DNA of 64,000 nucleotides, taken from the NCBI RefSeq assembly GCF_000143415.4, contig NW_003314261.1, positions 1,165,674 to 1,229,673 on the forward strand. The letters run 5' to 3'. The position numbers and the translations under genes were made by a program. The notes under the pieces were generated by a model, which had not been told where the DNA came from, made no database searches, and saw nothing but the letters and a program-made list of their open reading frames with translations. The stretch comes from Selaginella moellendorffii (Eukaryota; Plantae; Lycopodiophyta). Each line of letters begins with the position of its first letter. The first letter of the stretch is position 1. Below are positions 48,106 to 61,808 of the stretch, piece by piece.

Positions 48106-50236
48106 CTCTTCGCTTTGCTTTGCCCCAGGCTTTGAGGATGGCAGTCAAGGATTACGAGCTGCCAATGCAGCTAGCGTATGATGAGCTCGAGGATCTGGCA
48201 GCCAACACTGAGAGGGTGAAGAGCGTGATCGAGAAGAACATGACGCTGCTCACTGTCCAGGTTTAAAAAGTTTTTCTCCGTTTGAGCTTTGTAGAAACTT
48301 AGAAGTTCTGTGTGTTTGTAGATGAGGAAGAGGAACTTTCGCTATTACAAGTCGGCTTTCCTTGCGTGGATTTTCTACGTACAAAGGAAACTCGCGCGGC
48401 GAGTTGCCATGAGAAACGCAAGAGACTACGCGCTGAGAAGAAGGCTGGGCCGCGCCTTTGATGCATGGCACATCTGCTGGCTACGCATGCACAAGTTCAA
48501 GAAACTCCAGTTGTCCGCCCAGAATCTGCTGCGCCGCCACAGCCTCAAACGCATCTGGTAACGAAGAACTTGGCTCTTTGGGTTTTCACGAATAATTCGA
48601 GGGAGAGGATTGATCAGCTTCTAAAACCGTGCAGATTGTCCTTACAGGAGAGCGTGGTCATCACTCGTCAAAAAGAGGCTTCGCGAGGACGAGAAACGCT
48701 GGTTCGTTTATTTGCTCGTTCCTTGTCTCTCATTATCTACGTTTTTTAGGAGAGAAAAGCAGCTCGTACGTGATTTAAACGTAAGGCAACGGGGGTGTGT
48801 GAGGCAGAGAGCTGTGAATGCAATCAAAAGGCGACGACTGCATCAAGCTTTCTTCGCTTTCAAGGTTTGTGAAGCATTTGTTGTCATCTTTGGGAGGCTT
48901 TATAATTCTGGCTTGTGTAACAGATTGGACTGGAAATTTTGAAAGACACAAGATCTCGACGCAATCACATCTTTTACATCGTTACCAGGAGGAAAGTTGC
49001 TGTCGGCTTTAAGCTCTGGGAGAGATATCCGAGAAAGAGGTAAGCCATCTTGAGCGTTCCGGACAATTATAATCCTTTCCTTTGGTTTCCTCCATTGTAA
49101 CTTATCAGAGAGCGCGACTTGAGAGTTATCCAGAGAAGACAAAGAAGAGTTGCACAAGATTGCATTTGGACGTGGGACGATGAAACTTCGTTCTTGAAAT
49201 TCCGGAGGAGAAGAATGAGGAGATGCCGTTTAAGCATTGCATTCGAGATGTGGAGGCTGTTCATCTCGCGGAAGATGAAGTACGACACAATCGCAACTAG
49301 GATCATCCGCGCACGTCTCAAACGGTACTTCACTGATCTCCGTGAAATTTGCTTGGAGGAGATATGGAAGAGGCGAACCTGTGAGAGAGCAAGGAGGAAA
49401 TGCACTCACTTGAGAACTAGATGGTTCTTCGAAGCTTGGATCACTTACATGCAGGTAAAGCAACTTCCTTTTTTCTTCCTGGGGGCTAAAGTGGGGTGGT
49501 TTTCCAGATCCAATTGCAAGAGCGATCGTATCAAATAGAGGAGTATGCTGCTGTTCTTGAGAACGAGAATCAAAAGACAAGGTCCGAGTGTGATCGGATG
49601 GGACGGATCATCGACACGGGAGAATGGGACCAACAGCGAATCGTGGAACTCGATCAAGCAAGCCTCATTCTGAACGGGGAGAAAGAAGCCTTGCTCAAGC
49701 TTGCGGCTCGTTTGGAGGGGGAGCACAAAGAAGCCATGGATTATCAACGACGACAGGAACAGGAGATCAACACTCTCAAAAATGAAATGCTTGGCTGTGT
49801 CAGTTGGTTCTTTCCTTCCTTCCTCTCCTTTCCTTTCTAACTTAAAAACAATGTTTCTTTCCAGAACTATTTGCGTAAGAACAAGCTATTGGTGAAGGGA
49901 GCTTCCAGCTTCAACTCAGTTCTCCGAGCTGTGAAATCTGAGGTACCAGTTTTTTCTTTTCTTGGAGAGAGGCTCCACTGGTACTATATTGTTTGCAAAG
50001 GCTATCAAGGAAGGTGTCAATCCCGAGGTTGTGAAATCGATCGACGAGAAATGCATGGACCAGGTAACAAGCCATACAAAAATCGCGTTCTAAGCTTTTG
50101 CTTCCTCCAGGTTATAGTATTTCCGGATGGTGACCTGCGAGTAAGGCCTATAAGAAAGTATGACAAGGGAAAGTGGAAACTTAGACCTGAGGCAACAACG
50201 AGCACAAACTCTTCAGAGGATTCTTTTGATAGCTAG
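47838..50236 (+). CDS. Uncharacterised basic helical-repeat (Sfi1-like) plus coiled-coil protein, multi-exon
   Basis: Exons bounded by GT-AG. Repeated L.+AF..W motifs (YKSAFLAW, LGRAFDAW, LKRIW, LHQAFFAF, LSIAFEMW, RWFFEAW), followed by coiled coil IQLQERSYQIEEYAAVLENENQK...LKNEM. Confidence 0.65.
48075..48103 (+). repeat. (CT)n microsatellite in intron 1
   Basis: About 14 CT units. Confidence 0.9.
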
Positions 50237-50482
50237 CAAAACTCCTTTTGGTAAGAACACAACTTGTTGCAATGGATATAAGCGCCTAGGCTTTGGAAGT
50301 TCTAAAATAAATAAATCAAAAAGGTTTATAATCTTGTCATGATCCTTGTAAGAATAAATTAACTGTTAGTGTTGTAATTTTAATTATTTTGCATTCTACT
50401 TATACAATTCATCATCAATTGAGAAATATACACTTTATTATGAATCTAAACATATTAAATAATTATTCCTTTTACCTACACA

Positions 50483-50829
50483 TGTGAATGCATGGAATAT
50501 AGAAAGGGAATACAGAAGATGTGCATATCAATTAACCCAAGCTTATATAACTATAGTTTATATACAAGAGTGAATGGTCTAGATTGAAACCAATCTGACA
50601 GCTACCAAAATCCTACTATACTAATATTAACATATAGCACCATAGCTAAACAATTAGACCTCATATCATCCTTTCTTCTTAGACCATCAGGGTTTTCTTG
50701 TATATGGGCCGGGATTTGGTGGAATATTAGGAGGAGGTATCAGCGGATTTGTAGGTGGTATTAGTTGTTCTTGATCCCTTTGTATAAAGCGTTTTAACTG
50801 CTATATATGCACAACTTTTCGAGGATCAT
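50483..50829 (-). mobile_element. A-family 3-prime LTR (50483-50665) plus adjacent internal end, truncated by a B-family element
   Basis: Collinear with 28125-28475 (GGAATAT..AAAGGGAATAC..GTGCATATCAATTAACCCAA..ACCATCAGG..GAGGATCA). Confidence 0.85.
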
Positions 50830-53800
50830 TGTAGCACATGTAGTTTTTACCCTTTATCCTATGGTGCTTTACCATAGAATAACACCACAAAGCGGAACCT
50901 AAACCCTCTTTATGCCACGTGATAGATGNNNNNNNNNNNNNNNNNNNNNNNNNNNNNNNNNNNNNNNNNNNNNNNNNNNNNNNNNNNNNNNNNNNNNNNN
51001 NNNNNNNNNNNNNNNNNNNNNNNNNNNNTTTGGACACGGGACGAACACCATTGTGTTTAGGACAATCTCTACATTCTGTAGATATGCCAATAAGCAAATC
51101 TAGACCCTTTCCATAAATAGCATTTGGGACCAAAATGAGACTAACACAAAGGGCATGATAGCAAGGGTGTTTAGTAGACACGGTAAGCTATCATTTAGCG
51201 ATATTAAGGGACTAATCTCAATACCCGAGGGTTCTTGTCAAGCTAGTGCAAGACAGAGCAAAAGAGAACTAAGAGCCAGGCTGAGTATGCTCAGCTAAAA
51301 ACACATAAGAGTTCCTACCTTATGTCCATCTGGCTAAATACAGGTGCTAAGCCCAGTAAACTAACACTTGAACAAGAGGGGTTGATAAAGGGAACTAGCA
51401 ATACCGACTTCCTACCGTCATGGCAGTAAGGAAGGAGTGTCTGTAAGGACTGGCCAACAAGTAACTTTTGATACCCAAAGTCACATTCGCGACACTCTCC
51501 CCCTTTAAGGAAGATCAACATCCTCGTCGATACATACTTGAGTCTAGAATACCGCTAAGGAAACAACTCTAGAAAAAGTTTATGGTATTCACACTATGTG
51601 AGAAATGCACCAACTTAAATGAGTTAAGAGGCAACTTCTTTGTCTAACGCAAATGTGCTACCAGCTCAGACACCTTCTGGCTGTTGCCGATAAGGAAATG
51701 ACCAATAGAGTCAGCCACCCTTGCTGCTTTGGGTGTCACCCAGCTTACAAAAGTGTGATACGCCCCTACCCGTAGTGACATAGAGAGAGAAGCCAGAGGC
51801 CCCAACCCTCTTGAGTAAAGAAACTAAACCCGTCGGTAAGGTTTAGATATACTACTGTAAACAAGCAGTTAGAGTTGTTTACATGGTCATGCCCTTTTAA
51901 TGACATAAGGAATATCGACAAAGAGGCGGGTGATGTGACCAGTTGACAGTAGCTACCCTATGACTAGAGATTTCAGCATGCACATGAAGTGCCGAAGCCA
52001 GTCTGCTTATACTGGCCCAATATCAAAGAGCAATAATTGGATAATATCAAAATCATAGACAATGATATCTTAGAGACTTAATTATCAATGAATAAATCTT
52101 AGATTAGAACACAAAAGTATTCCAAGTAAGTTATCAACCGATAAACTAGTATGATAGTATAGGAACCACCAAGATCATCATGTTTGGAAAATATAGGATG
52201 CACCATCCAACAAAATTCAATAGCCAATGTATCATCAAGGAAACTTAATGAAACTTAATGATGAAACTTAACTATTGAAGATGGCAGAAAGTAAGCCAAA
52301 TAACTTACTAAAGATAACTCAAAGAATACAAAGTATCATTGACTGACAAGCACAATACTCACAAATGTATCACCCAAAGGAAATAGACTACAAGCATGAA
52401 AACTCAAAGAACCAAAAGCTCGAAGAAGCTTATAGCAAAGTCTTGCTTAATAATAATCATGAGTTTCGCATGAACCAACTTCAATGCTAAAGAAAAAATC
52501 ATAGTACAACTCACAATATCCTTCTCAACACATCCATAAGCTAAACTCCATAATGCAAAAGCTAATGAAGAGCATGTTTGCATCAATCCAGAAGTTAAGT
52601 ATAACGAAGCTATGCTCAACAAATGATCATCCAATTCGATCCTCCATGAATCCATCTATAGCAAAACGTAACTCACTTTATAACAAGCACAAGAAGAATC
52701 ATCAATGATCTATATATCCCAAACTCAAATATAACAAAGATTCAAACATTCCAATATCAATCAACTCTTCCGTTTGTAGAGTTAGCATAGTCCACAACTG
52801 AATCACTTTTCAAGGAAAAGCCAAAGCTTAACCCCTACTAAATAATCTCGTCTAGAAATCCACGACTAAATCACTTTTCAAGGAAAAGCCAAAGCTCAAC
52901 CCCTACTAAATAATCTCGTCTAGAAAACAACTAACTCAAACTTGCCACTCAGTTCATTTGAATGTCAATATAGTTGCTAACTAGCAAATGCATAAATACC
53001 AATAACACAAAGCCATAACCAAATCATCAACACTATCTTCATCAAGACTAATGAAACTCAGTATCAATCCTTGGAGGATATCTCATTTCACTCAAATCTC
53101 AATATCAACAATGTCCCATTAACACCATAACAAAGCTAGAAAAAAGCAAGAGTGAATCACCACCCAAAACTTCCTAGCAACCAAGTTAACCAAAGTCGAA
53201 AATACCTTAGTTAGTATCCGAGACCAATCCTTCAGCAACACTCAGCTACAGATAACACATCATCAAGGAGTGATTCACCACGTCCAAGACTCAATGAAAT
53301 CCAACACCGCAGACTAAACGTAACCAAATGATATTGACAGAGGTAGAGTCGACATGCTAACATGAAAAACTCATGTAAGTCTAACAACACGATCCTCCGC
53401 AACACCATCCAGTAAAGCAAGCCCATCACTGCTAAATCATCATCAAGTGAAGCAAGTGTCAAATTGTCCTCAACAAAGTCTACGAATCACTAGTTGCAAA
53501 GCAACTAACAATCACCCCGCAACTTGCTTTCACAAGACCCAAACACCAACTCTTGTCATCAAGTTATATACTTGTCCAATATAAACATGATACCCCAGGT
53601 ACGAGATAAAAGTTCATGGATAAGCATAAACTAAATGACCACTCGAATCCAACTCAACCGCGACAAGCTTACCAATGCATTTAGCCAGTAGCTCTGAGCA
53701 TGCCTTGAAGAGGCTAGCTATGCATGATCAACACTTAGTCGGAACTAAAGTGAAGACCATGAGATGAATTCATATCGGTACACAACCTCCTTATAGACAA

Positions 53801-56800
53801 AGCTATAGTACGGGTACTAACATCTCAACCTCAAACAACTAAGTTGGACATCACCATCCTTAGCCAAGGCGCAGGGCTACCAAGACCAAGTCAAGATTAG
53901 TGAGAGCTCACTACTCTCATATAATCTTAACAAAATGCAAGGTGTAATCTGCCACTGAGCATAATGCTACAGAAGAAAGGCACAAGGGTCATCTTTCTTA
54001 GAAAAGCGCAATGGCCACTTTTCTATACCAACTCTAGACTCTATCCAACTCAATTGCCTTAGCCTCAAAAGCCATCATCCTTTTCGGGTCGCATCATACA
54101 AACTACCTACCAAGGTCTAAGCTAACCCAAGTCAACTCCAACCCCTTCATTAGTTTGTACTGGCTTACGAAAACGGAATGGTTTTCGAGCAAAGTGATCA
54201 ATAGATTAGCCATTGGAAAAGTCTAAGAAAATTTGTGGAAAATTTTCCATCCTAGAGAAAGAATGACTCTTAGTCCAGGATTGCAAACTTTTAAGACTCA
54301 ACCAACTTCCTCCTACAAACAACTTCACATAAGTTCACCTCAACACAAATTCTCATGATCCAACAATATGTCTAAGCATGGAACATCTTTGCCCATCTAA
54401 TCGATATCCAACACCAACAACCACAAAGTGCAAAATGAACATCCAAGGCTTGATCACGAAGACCACATCTTCAGATATCCACATTGCACTAACACTCTTC
54501 TTCAATCATCTTCAAGATCCAATGTGAAGCTAAAACACTAACAAGAAAAATAACATGGAAAATCAAGGTCTAAGGAAAATTCCTCATCACTTGAAATAAC
54601 AATGCCATCTCCACTAACACAAGTGCTAGTGATGTCAATGCCCCAACTACACATTTTCTCCATCCAACAATCTACTCCAAGTGCTAACGGATCAACTAAT
54701 GAGTTATAGCAAATAAATGCTACAACCCTTTTCCAACACCTTAATGGGCAAACTCAAGGAAACAAGGTACTAACATAAGCTTAGCATAATGGACCATCAT
54801 CAAGAATCTAGTCAAAGCTACTACAATGCTACTATATGCAAGTAGACTAGCTTCACCATCAACCACTTTGGGGTTGATCATCATTTACCCAAGCAACTTC
54901 GTAAACACATTGCTCACTATCACATGGATATGATATAAAATCACAATGACTTGATCATCAATTGAGCAACACTATGAGCAACACCTATGTCACTACTACA
55001 AAGGTTTATGTGAATATCAAGTGTCAACTCGATTCGACAAAATGTAACATAAATGCCACACTCCACCGATAACAATTTACAACACTCAACACCACTAACT
55101 TTTGTTCACAACACGGACAAGCTCATGCAACTCTCTATCTGACCAAACTCAACACTAATCCAACACTAAGCTACTCAAAGAGCAATAGCAATGTTCCTTG
55201 GAAAAGAATTGAGCATTGTAACTTAAGTTTCTAATAGCAAGCCTTGACAAAATGGTTTAGCGTTTCACCACTATCCCATAACTCACTACTTGTAAGACCA
55301 TCATTTCCAACATGCATCAAGGTAGAGACTCTTAATTGCATGCTGTGAACATGAGCAATAAGTCACACTTTGTTGCAAATCATTTCTCTAAGAAGAGAAG
55401 ATGATTTATGTGTTTGATCCTTCGTCCCCGACGACTCTCTTTTTGGTCTTATCTTTGACTAAACCTCAAGCTTGCTTTCGCACTGCCTTCAGTCCAATCC
55501 AAGAAAAGTTTATAAGAGAGCACGGCAATAACTACTTGAATCAATAGACTAATCCCTACAGTCTTGATTGATCCACTTGTAATCTTGCCTAGGAAGGATC
55601 CACTAGTGCCGTGCTACATAGCTACGGACCAGCCTATTTGCCACTCATAGCAAACCTAGGGAAGGTTTACTTTCACCAATGGTACATGGAACAATTCATG
55701 GAACCACCGATAGGCTAACATTAATCCTACCAACTCAAAGTGTAACCTTGAGTTGCTAATGCGCCTCACTCATGAGCCCAAGCGCAAACTCGTGCTATTG
55801 GAACAACTAAATCCTTCTTATAAGCCCAAGAGCAAGCTCATATAATACGGTACAAAACAGTAACCAAATCCATACCCAAGAAACAATTGCAAAGTCTTAG
55901 CACCCAAACATGTACCCACTCGGATCATCATTTTCATCTCTGCGTATGCAACGAGACTAGTTGCCCAATCTCATTGAATAGTACTCGCTGAGACTCATTC
56001 TCTGATACGTAGTGCACGTGGTTTTGACCCTTTATCCTATGGTGATTTACCATAGGATAACACCACGAAGCGGAACCTAAACCCTCTTTATGCCACGTGA
56101 TAGATGCCACGTGTCACATGCCACGTGTCCATAGGAACTCGAAGTTCAGGGCCTTGGGCCACTGAATGAAAGAACGGTGCCAAACCCCCAAGCATGGAGC
56201 CAAGGAGTGATGGAACCGATCCACGGAGCAACTCCCAAGTATATAGCCCAAGGAGCGAAGGGACAGGAGCCCGGAGCAACTTGGAACAATCCTAGAGCAA
56301 CCAACATCCCAATGCCAGGACCAGCATGCAAAACGGAGCCAAACGGAGTCTAGCGCTATTTCGGCATACCGGTGGCCTAACGCGAGGACATGGGTACTCC
56401 ACCAGCTAGCATGGAATGGAACTTGGGCTTAAACCCAAACCGGATGTAGAACAAGGACAAACACACAAGCGAGAGCTATACTATGCCTTAAGTTGGTCGG
56501 CCATGCCCAACCTACCCACTATCCCTACTATACATTTGGAACCCCCCATAGCCCCCCCCCCCCCCCCTTCCCTTGAGGAACACATGCTTTGGGATTTCCC
56601 CCCCAGCCTCCTTTAATATTAGGAGTTAGTCTCTGGGACAAGCTTGAAACTTATTAAATATGGAATGTCCCCAGATTATGAATTTGGACACCGAACAAAC
56701 ACCATTGTGTTCAGGCCAATCTCTACATTTCGTAAAAATGCCCAATGAGCAAATCTGGACACTTTCCCTAAATAGCATTTGAGACCCAAATGAGACTAAC

Positions 56801-58452
56801 ACCAAGGGCCTGATAGCCAGGGTGTTTGGCAAACACCGTAAACTATCCTCTAGCGAATATTGAGGGACCCAGCTTAATATCGTGGGGGTTCCCAACACTA
56901 GCAAGTGCAAGTCAATGAATGAGTTTCTCTAACCAGGTCAAGTATGCTTGACTAAATAGACACTTAGGAATTCCTTCCTTATGCTCATCTGGTCAAGTGC
57001 ACATGCGAGGACCAGTTTCTCAACTAGCTTAGGCGGAGACTGATAACGAGTCCAGCAATACCGACCTCCTGCCGTTGTGGTAGTAAGGAAAGAATATCCG
57101 AAAGGACTAGTCGACAGGTAACTTTCGATACCCGAAGTCACATTCGCGAGACTCTCCCCCCCTTAGGGAAGATCAATGTCCTCGTCGATGCATACTCGAG
57201 TCTAGAATACCGCCAAGGAAACAACTCAAGAAAAAGTTCACGGTAGTCACACTATGTGAGAAATGCACCCACTTAAATGAGTTATGAGGCAACCTCTTTG
57301 TCTAACGCAGATGCGCTACCAGCTCAGACACCTTCCGGCCGTCGCTGACAAGGAAATGACCAATGGAGTCAGCCACCCTTGCTGCTTTAGGAGTCACCCA
57401 GCTTACAAAAGTGTGATACGCCCCTGCCTATAGGGACATAGAAAGAGAAGCCAGAAGCCCCAACCCTCATGAGCAAAGAAACCAAACTCGTCGGTAAGGT
57501 TTAGATAGACTACTGTAAACAGGCAGTTAGAGTTGTTTACACGGCCATGCCCTTTTAACGGAATAAGGATTATCGACAGAGAGGCGAGTTATATGACCAG
57601 TCGACAGTAGCTACCCCATGACTAGAGATTTCAACATGCACACAAAGTGCCAAAGCCAGTCTGCCTATACTGGCCCAAAATCAAAGATCAATATATTGAC
57701 AACATCAAAGTCATAGACAATGATATCTTAGAGACTTAATTATCAGTGAATAAAGCTTAGATTAGAACACAAAAGTATTCCCAAGTAAGTTATCATCCGA
57801 TAAACTAGTATTACAGTATAGGAACCACCAAGATCACTATAGTTTGGAAACATAGGATTGACCGTCCAACAAAATTCAATAGCAAGTATATTATAGATAC
57901 ATCTAAAAAATACTAGCAGGTTGGATCAAGTAAACCAATGAGAAAATTAACTACCAAAGTATTGTAGATAGTATGCTAAACAACTTACCAAAGATAACTT
58001 AAAGAACACAAAATATCCTTAACCGACAAGCATAATACTGGTGAATGTATCACCTGAAGGAAATAACATCGTAATCTATCAGGACTAACTCGAGCAACAA
58101 TCAACAAAACAGAATGAATGTGGTAAAACCAACAAACACTTAGTCATGCCAACCATCGCACAAGTCAATTTGAATAGATCCTAGTCAACAATACCAAAGA
58201 ACTCAAGTCACTTAAGCAAGTGTCAGCAATATCCTAGTGATGTCTCAAACCCAAGAGACCAATCCAGAGTAAACCACAAAGAACATATGGTATTGCGAAA
58301 AGCCATAAGCTATCAAAGAGAACAACTAACTATCATGAAAAACTATTAATCATCCCATCAGGAAAGAGATGCATAATCATTGTCAAAGAAAGAATCCACC
58401 ATCTCAAAGAACAACGAATCATTCTATATCAACAACAACCACATTCGCGACA
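50830..58452 (-). mobile_element. B-family tandem/recombinant array: LTR (50830-51494, N gap) - interior - LTR (about 56009-57151) - partial interior - LTR terminus remnant
   Basis: Collinear with 35555-42847. PPT tracts follow both LTRs, and the terminal CACATTCGCGACA is at 58440-58452. The flanks ATCAT and CCATG do not form a TSD. Confidence 0.85.
50929..51028. other. Assembly gap (100 N)
   Basis: N run inside an LTR. Confidence 1.
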
Positions 58453-61070
58453 CCATGTTACTTATTAGAGTAGAAATGTTTTCCACTTCACATAGAACTC
58501 CTTCACTTCGTGTTTTTGTCATTTACTCTTGTGCATATTGAGGATGGCCTCAACTTTATATTTTTCTTCCCCTTGGATAATCTCTAGTAAATGTCTTATT
58601 TGGTCTTTGCAAAGCAGGTCCTTAAAATATGGTTTGAGCAAGTTCACATGGAACATAGGGTGCATCTTCCCCATCTTCTGGGGAAGTTAGAGGCGTTAAT
58701 CAATCTTACCAATTCAAGCCTCAATCTCATAGGGCTCTGTGAACTTGCTTAAAGAATTCAAGATTAGTTTATCTCTAGGAATACATACACTTTACCTTTA
58801 TGTCGACTAATCCCACTTAGTAGCCTTAGGTTCTTGGTGTTTAGCCACACTTTTTCCCCAAGTTAGAACTCTATATTTCAATGCTTTTGGTTTGTATATT
58901 TAACCTTTGTTGAGCCAATTCTAAGGAATCCCTTACTAGATTCCAAATGTTAAATCTTTCTGCCATGAATGTCTCCACAGTGGGTAACTCTCCATGATAC
59001 GGCCATACTGAGTTCTATAGAACTTTCAATGGCTTGCCCATTGATGACTTGCCATGGACTCATCTCAGTACTTGAATGTGGTGAGTTGTTATAACACATT
59101 TCCATAAGTCCTAAATGACTTACCTAATCAGTTTGGTCTATAGAGACATAACATCACAAATAATTCTCCAATTGCTTATTCACCCTTTTCATTTGCCGAT
59201 CTATCAAGAAGTGTTGTTGCCATCATACTTGACCCGATAGGCTGTGCTGAATTTAAATTTAGTGTGATATTATTCCAAGAGAGTTCTCTAGAACTTGCTG
59301 ATGAAAATCTTATTTCGATCTGAGATAATTTTCTTTAACCTTCCCTACACTTGAACCACTTGTTCAAAGAATAGTTTTGCCACACCTTCCGCATCCACTT
59401 CTATTGTGGTGGGTTTAAAATGCACCATTTTGGAAATTGGTCCACCACCACGAATATTGCATCAAACCCCTCACTTAGGGGAAGTCCTTTGGTAAAGTCC
59501 ATCTTAAAATTGTAAAACATTTCCACAAATGATTAGACATTGGAAGGCTTTGCAACAAGCCCCCACTAGCTTTGGTCACTGCCTTCACCTACTGACATGT
59601 TGGGCATGTCTTTACATAGTCTTGAATGTCATTAGATATGTTTGGCTAATGATTCTTTTGCTTGAGTAAACCTATTGTCTTGGGCATTTTACTGTGTCCT
59701 GCAAGAGGTCCATTATAACACTTTTCTAATGTCATCTTCTTTAGTCCCCCTTTTGGGATATACACCTTCATTTACTTTTAATAAATGAGTTTATTGTGTT
59801 TCACATAATTAGTTTTTTCTTCCCTAGGCAGCTCGCCTCTTTGGTGAGTGTCCCGCACCTCTTGGATCCTTAGCAACACTTCTTATGCTAAACCATTGTC
59901 CCCATACGCTATTTGCACATCAAGTTGTTATATTGGATATTGCCAACTTTAAGCTCATTTTTTAACTTAGAACATCTACCATAACATTGCTCTTCTTAAG
60001 TTTATATAGAATCTTGCGATCAAACTTAGCCAAAGCATTGGTTTATCAATGTTGTTTTCCTTGGAGGTCGAGCTGTGGAGAAAAGTGTTTCATTGCCACA
60101 TTATCCATTTTTACTTTGAAGTGCCTCCCAAGGTAATGTCACCATTTCTTGAGTGCCTTGACCACTATAAATAGTTCCTTTTTATGGGCAAGCCACCTTC
60201 ACTAGGCCTTGTCCAACTTATTTGAGAAGAACCCCACCAAGTGATTGTTTTGTTTCAAAACTACACACAACACAAAGTTTAAGACATCCATTTCTACTTC
60301 AAAATCCTTACTAAAGTTTAGTAATGCCAATATAGGAATATTCTTCAATTTCCCTTTGAGGTGGATAAATGTCACCTTGCATTCCACTCTTTCCTTTTCC
60401 CATTTGGTCTATTAAAAGTAAAGTTACTCTCGAATAGTGTTTAATAAACTTTCAATAGTAGTTACATAGCCTCGAGAATGCCCTTAACTCGTATACATTT
60501 GATAGTCCTTCCCATTCCTGGATTTCTTGGACCTTCTTAAGGTCCATTTTGAGCTCGTCCTTGCCCATTACATGCCTGAGAAACTTTACCTTTTGTTGAG
60601 CAAAGTCCCACTTGCTTTCTTTAGTGTACAACTTGTATTCCCTTAGTTTCTCAAACACTTTTGTCAGGTGTTTGGCATACTCTTTTAATGTCTCACTCTA
60701 GATCAGGATGTTGTTAATGTAGATAATTATGAAATGATCTAGATTGGGTATAAAGATGTGGTTTATTAGCACCAAGAATGTTATCAGTGCATTACACAAC
60801 CCAAAAAACATCACTAAAAACTCAAAACTCTTATATTTCATTTAACAGATTGTCTTCTAGACATCTTCCTTTACTACCCTAATTTGATAATATTCCGATC
60901 TTTGGTAAATTCTTAAGAATTATTTTGCCTTTCTCAATTTATCAAACAAATCCTCAATCTTTGGTAAAGGGTATTTGTTCTTCTTCATATACTTGTTGAG
61001 CAACTGGTAATCTATGCACATATGCATAGAGCAATCTTTCTTTCTCACAAATAATACTGATGCTCTATAT
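58453..61070 (-). mobile_element. Old degenerate C-family chromovirus pol (chromodomain-IN-RNaseH-RT), lacking the Cassandra insertion
   Basis: Collinear with 30426-33570 with many transitions. The empty site CTCTCCATGATAC at about 58988 has a single TCCAT. Confidence 0.88.
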
Positions 61071-61808
61071 TATTGTGAATATGACTTTAGGTATCGAAAG
61101 TTACTTGTCGGTTAGTCCTTATAGACACTTTTTCCTTACTGCCACAATGGCATGAGGTCGGTATTGTTGGACCCATTATTAGTCTCCACCTAAGCTAGTT
61201 GAGAAACTAGTCTTCGCATGTGCACTTGACTAGATGAGCATAAAAATGGAATTCCTAAGTGCTATTAGTCAAGCATACTTGACCTGGTTAAAGAAATTCA
61301 TTTGTTGACTTGCACTTGCTAGTGTTGGGAACCCCCGTGATATTGAGCTTGGTTCCTCAAAATTGGCTAAATGATAGCTTACTGTGTTTGCCAAACACCC
61401 TCATTATCATGCCCTTTATGTTAGTCTCATTTCGGTCCCAAATGCTATTTATGGAAAGTGTTTAGATTTGTTTATTTGGTATATCTACAGAATGTAGAGA
61501 TTGTTCTAAGCACAATGGTGTTCGTCCCGTATCCAAATTCACAATCTAGGAACATTTCATATTTAATAAGTTTCAAGCTTGTCCCAGAGATTAACTTCTA
61601 GTACTAAGTGAAAGCCCAAAGTGTGTGTTCCTCAAGGGGGGAGGGGGGGCTATGAGGGGTTTCAAATGTATAGTAGGGATAGTGGGTAGGTCAGGCATGT
61701 CTGACTGACCTGAGGCATAGTTTATCTTTTGCTTGCGTGCCTGTCCTTGTTTTGTGTCTGGCTTGGGTCTAAGCCCTAGTTCCATACCATGCTAGTTGGT
61801 GGAGTACC
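61071..61808 (+). mobile_element. Partial B-family LTR in opposite orientation, interrupted by the next element
   Basis: Reverse complement of the B LTR from ...GGTATCGAAAGTTAC to CATGCTAGTTGGTGGAGTACC. Confidence 0.85.
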
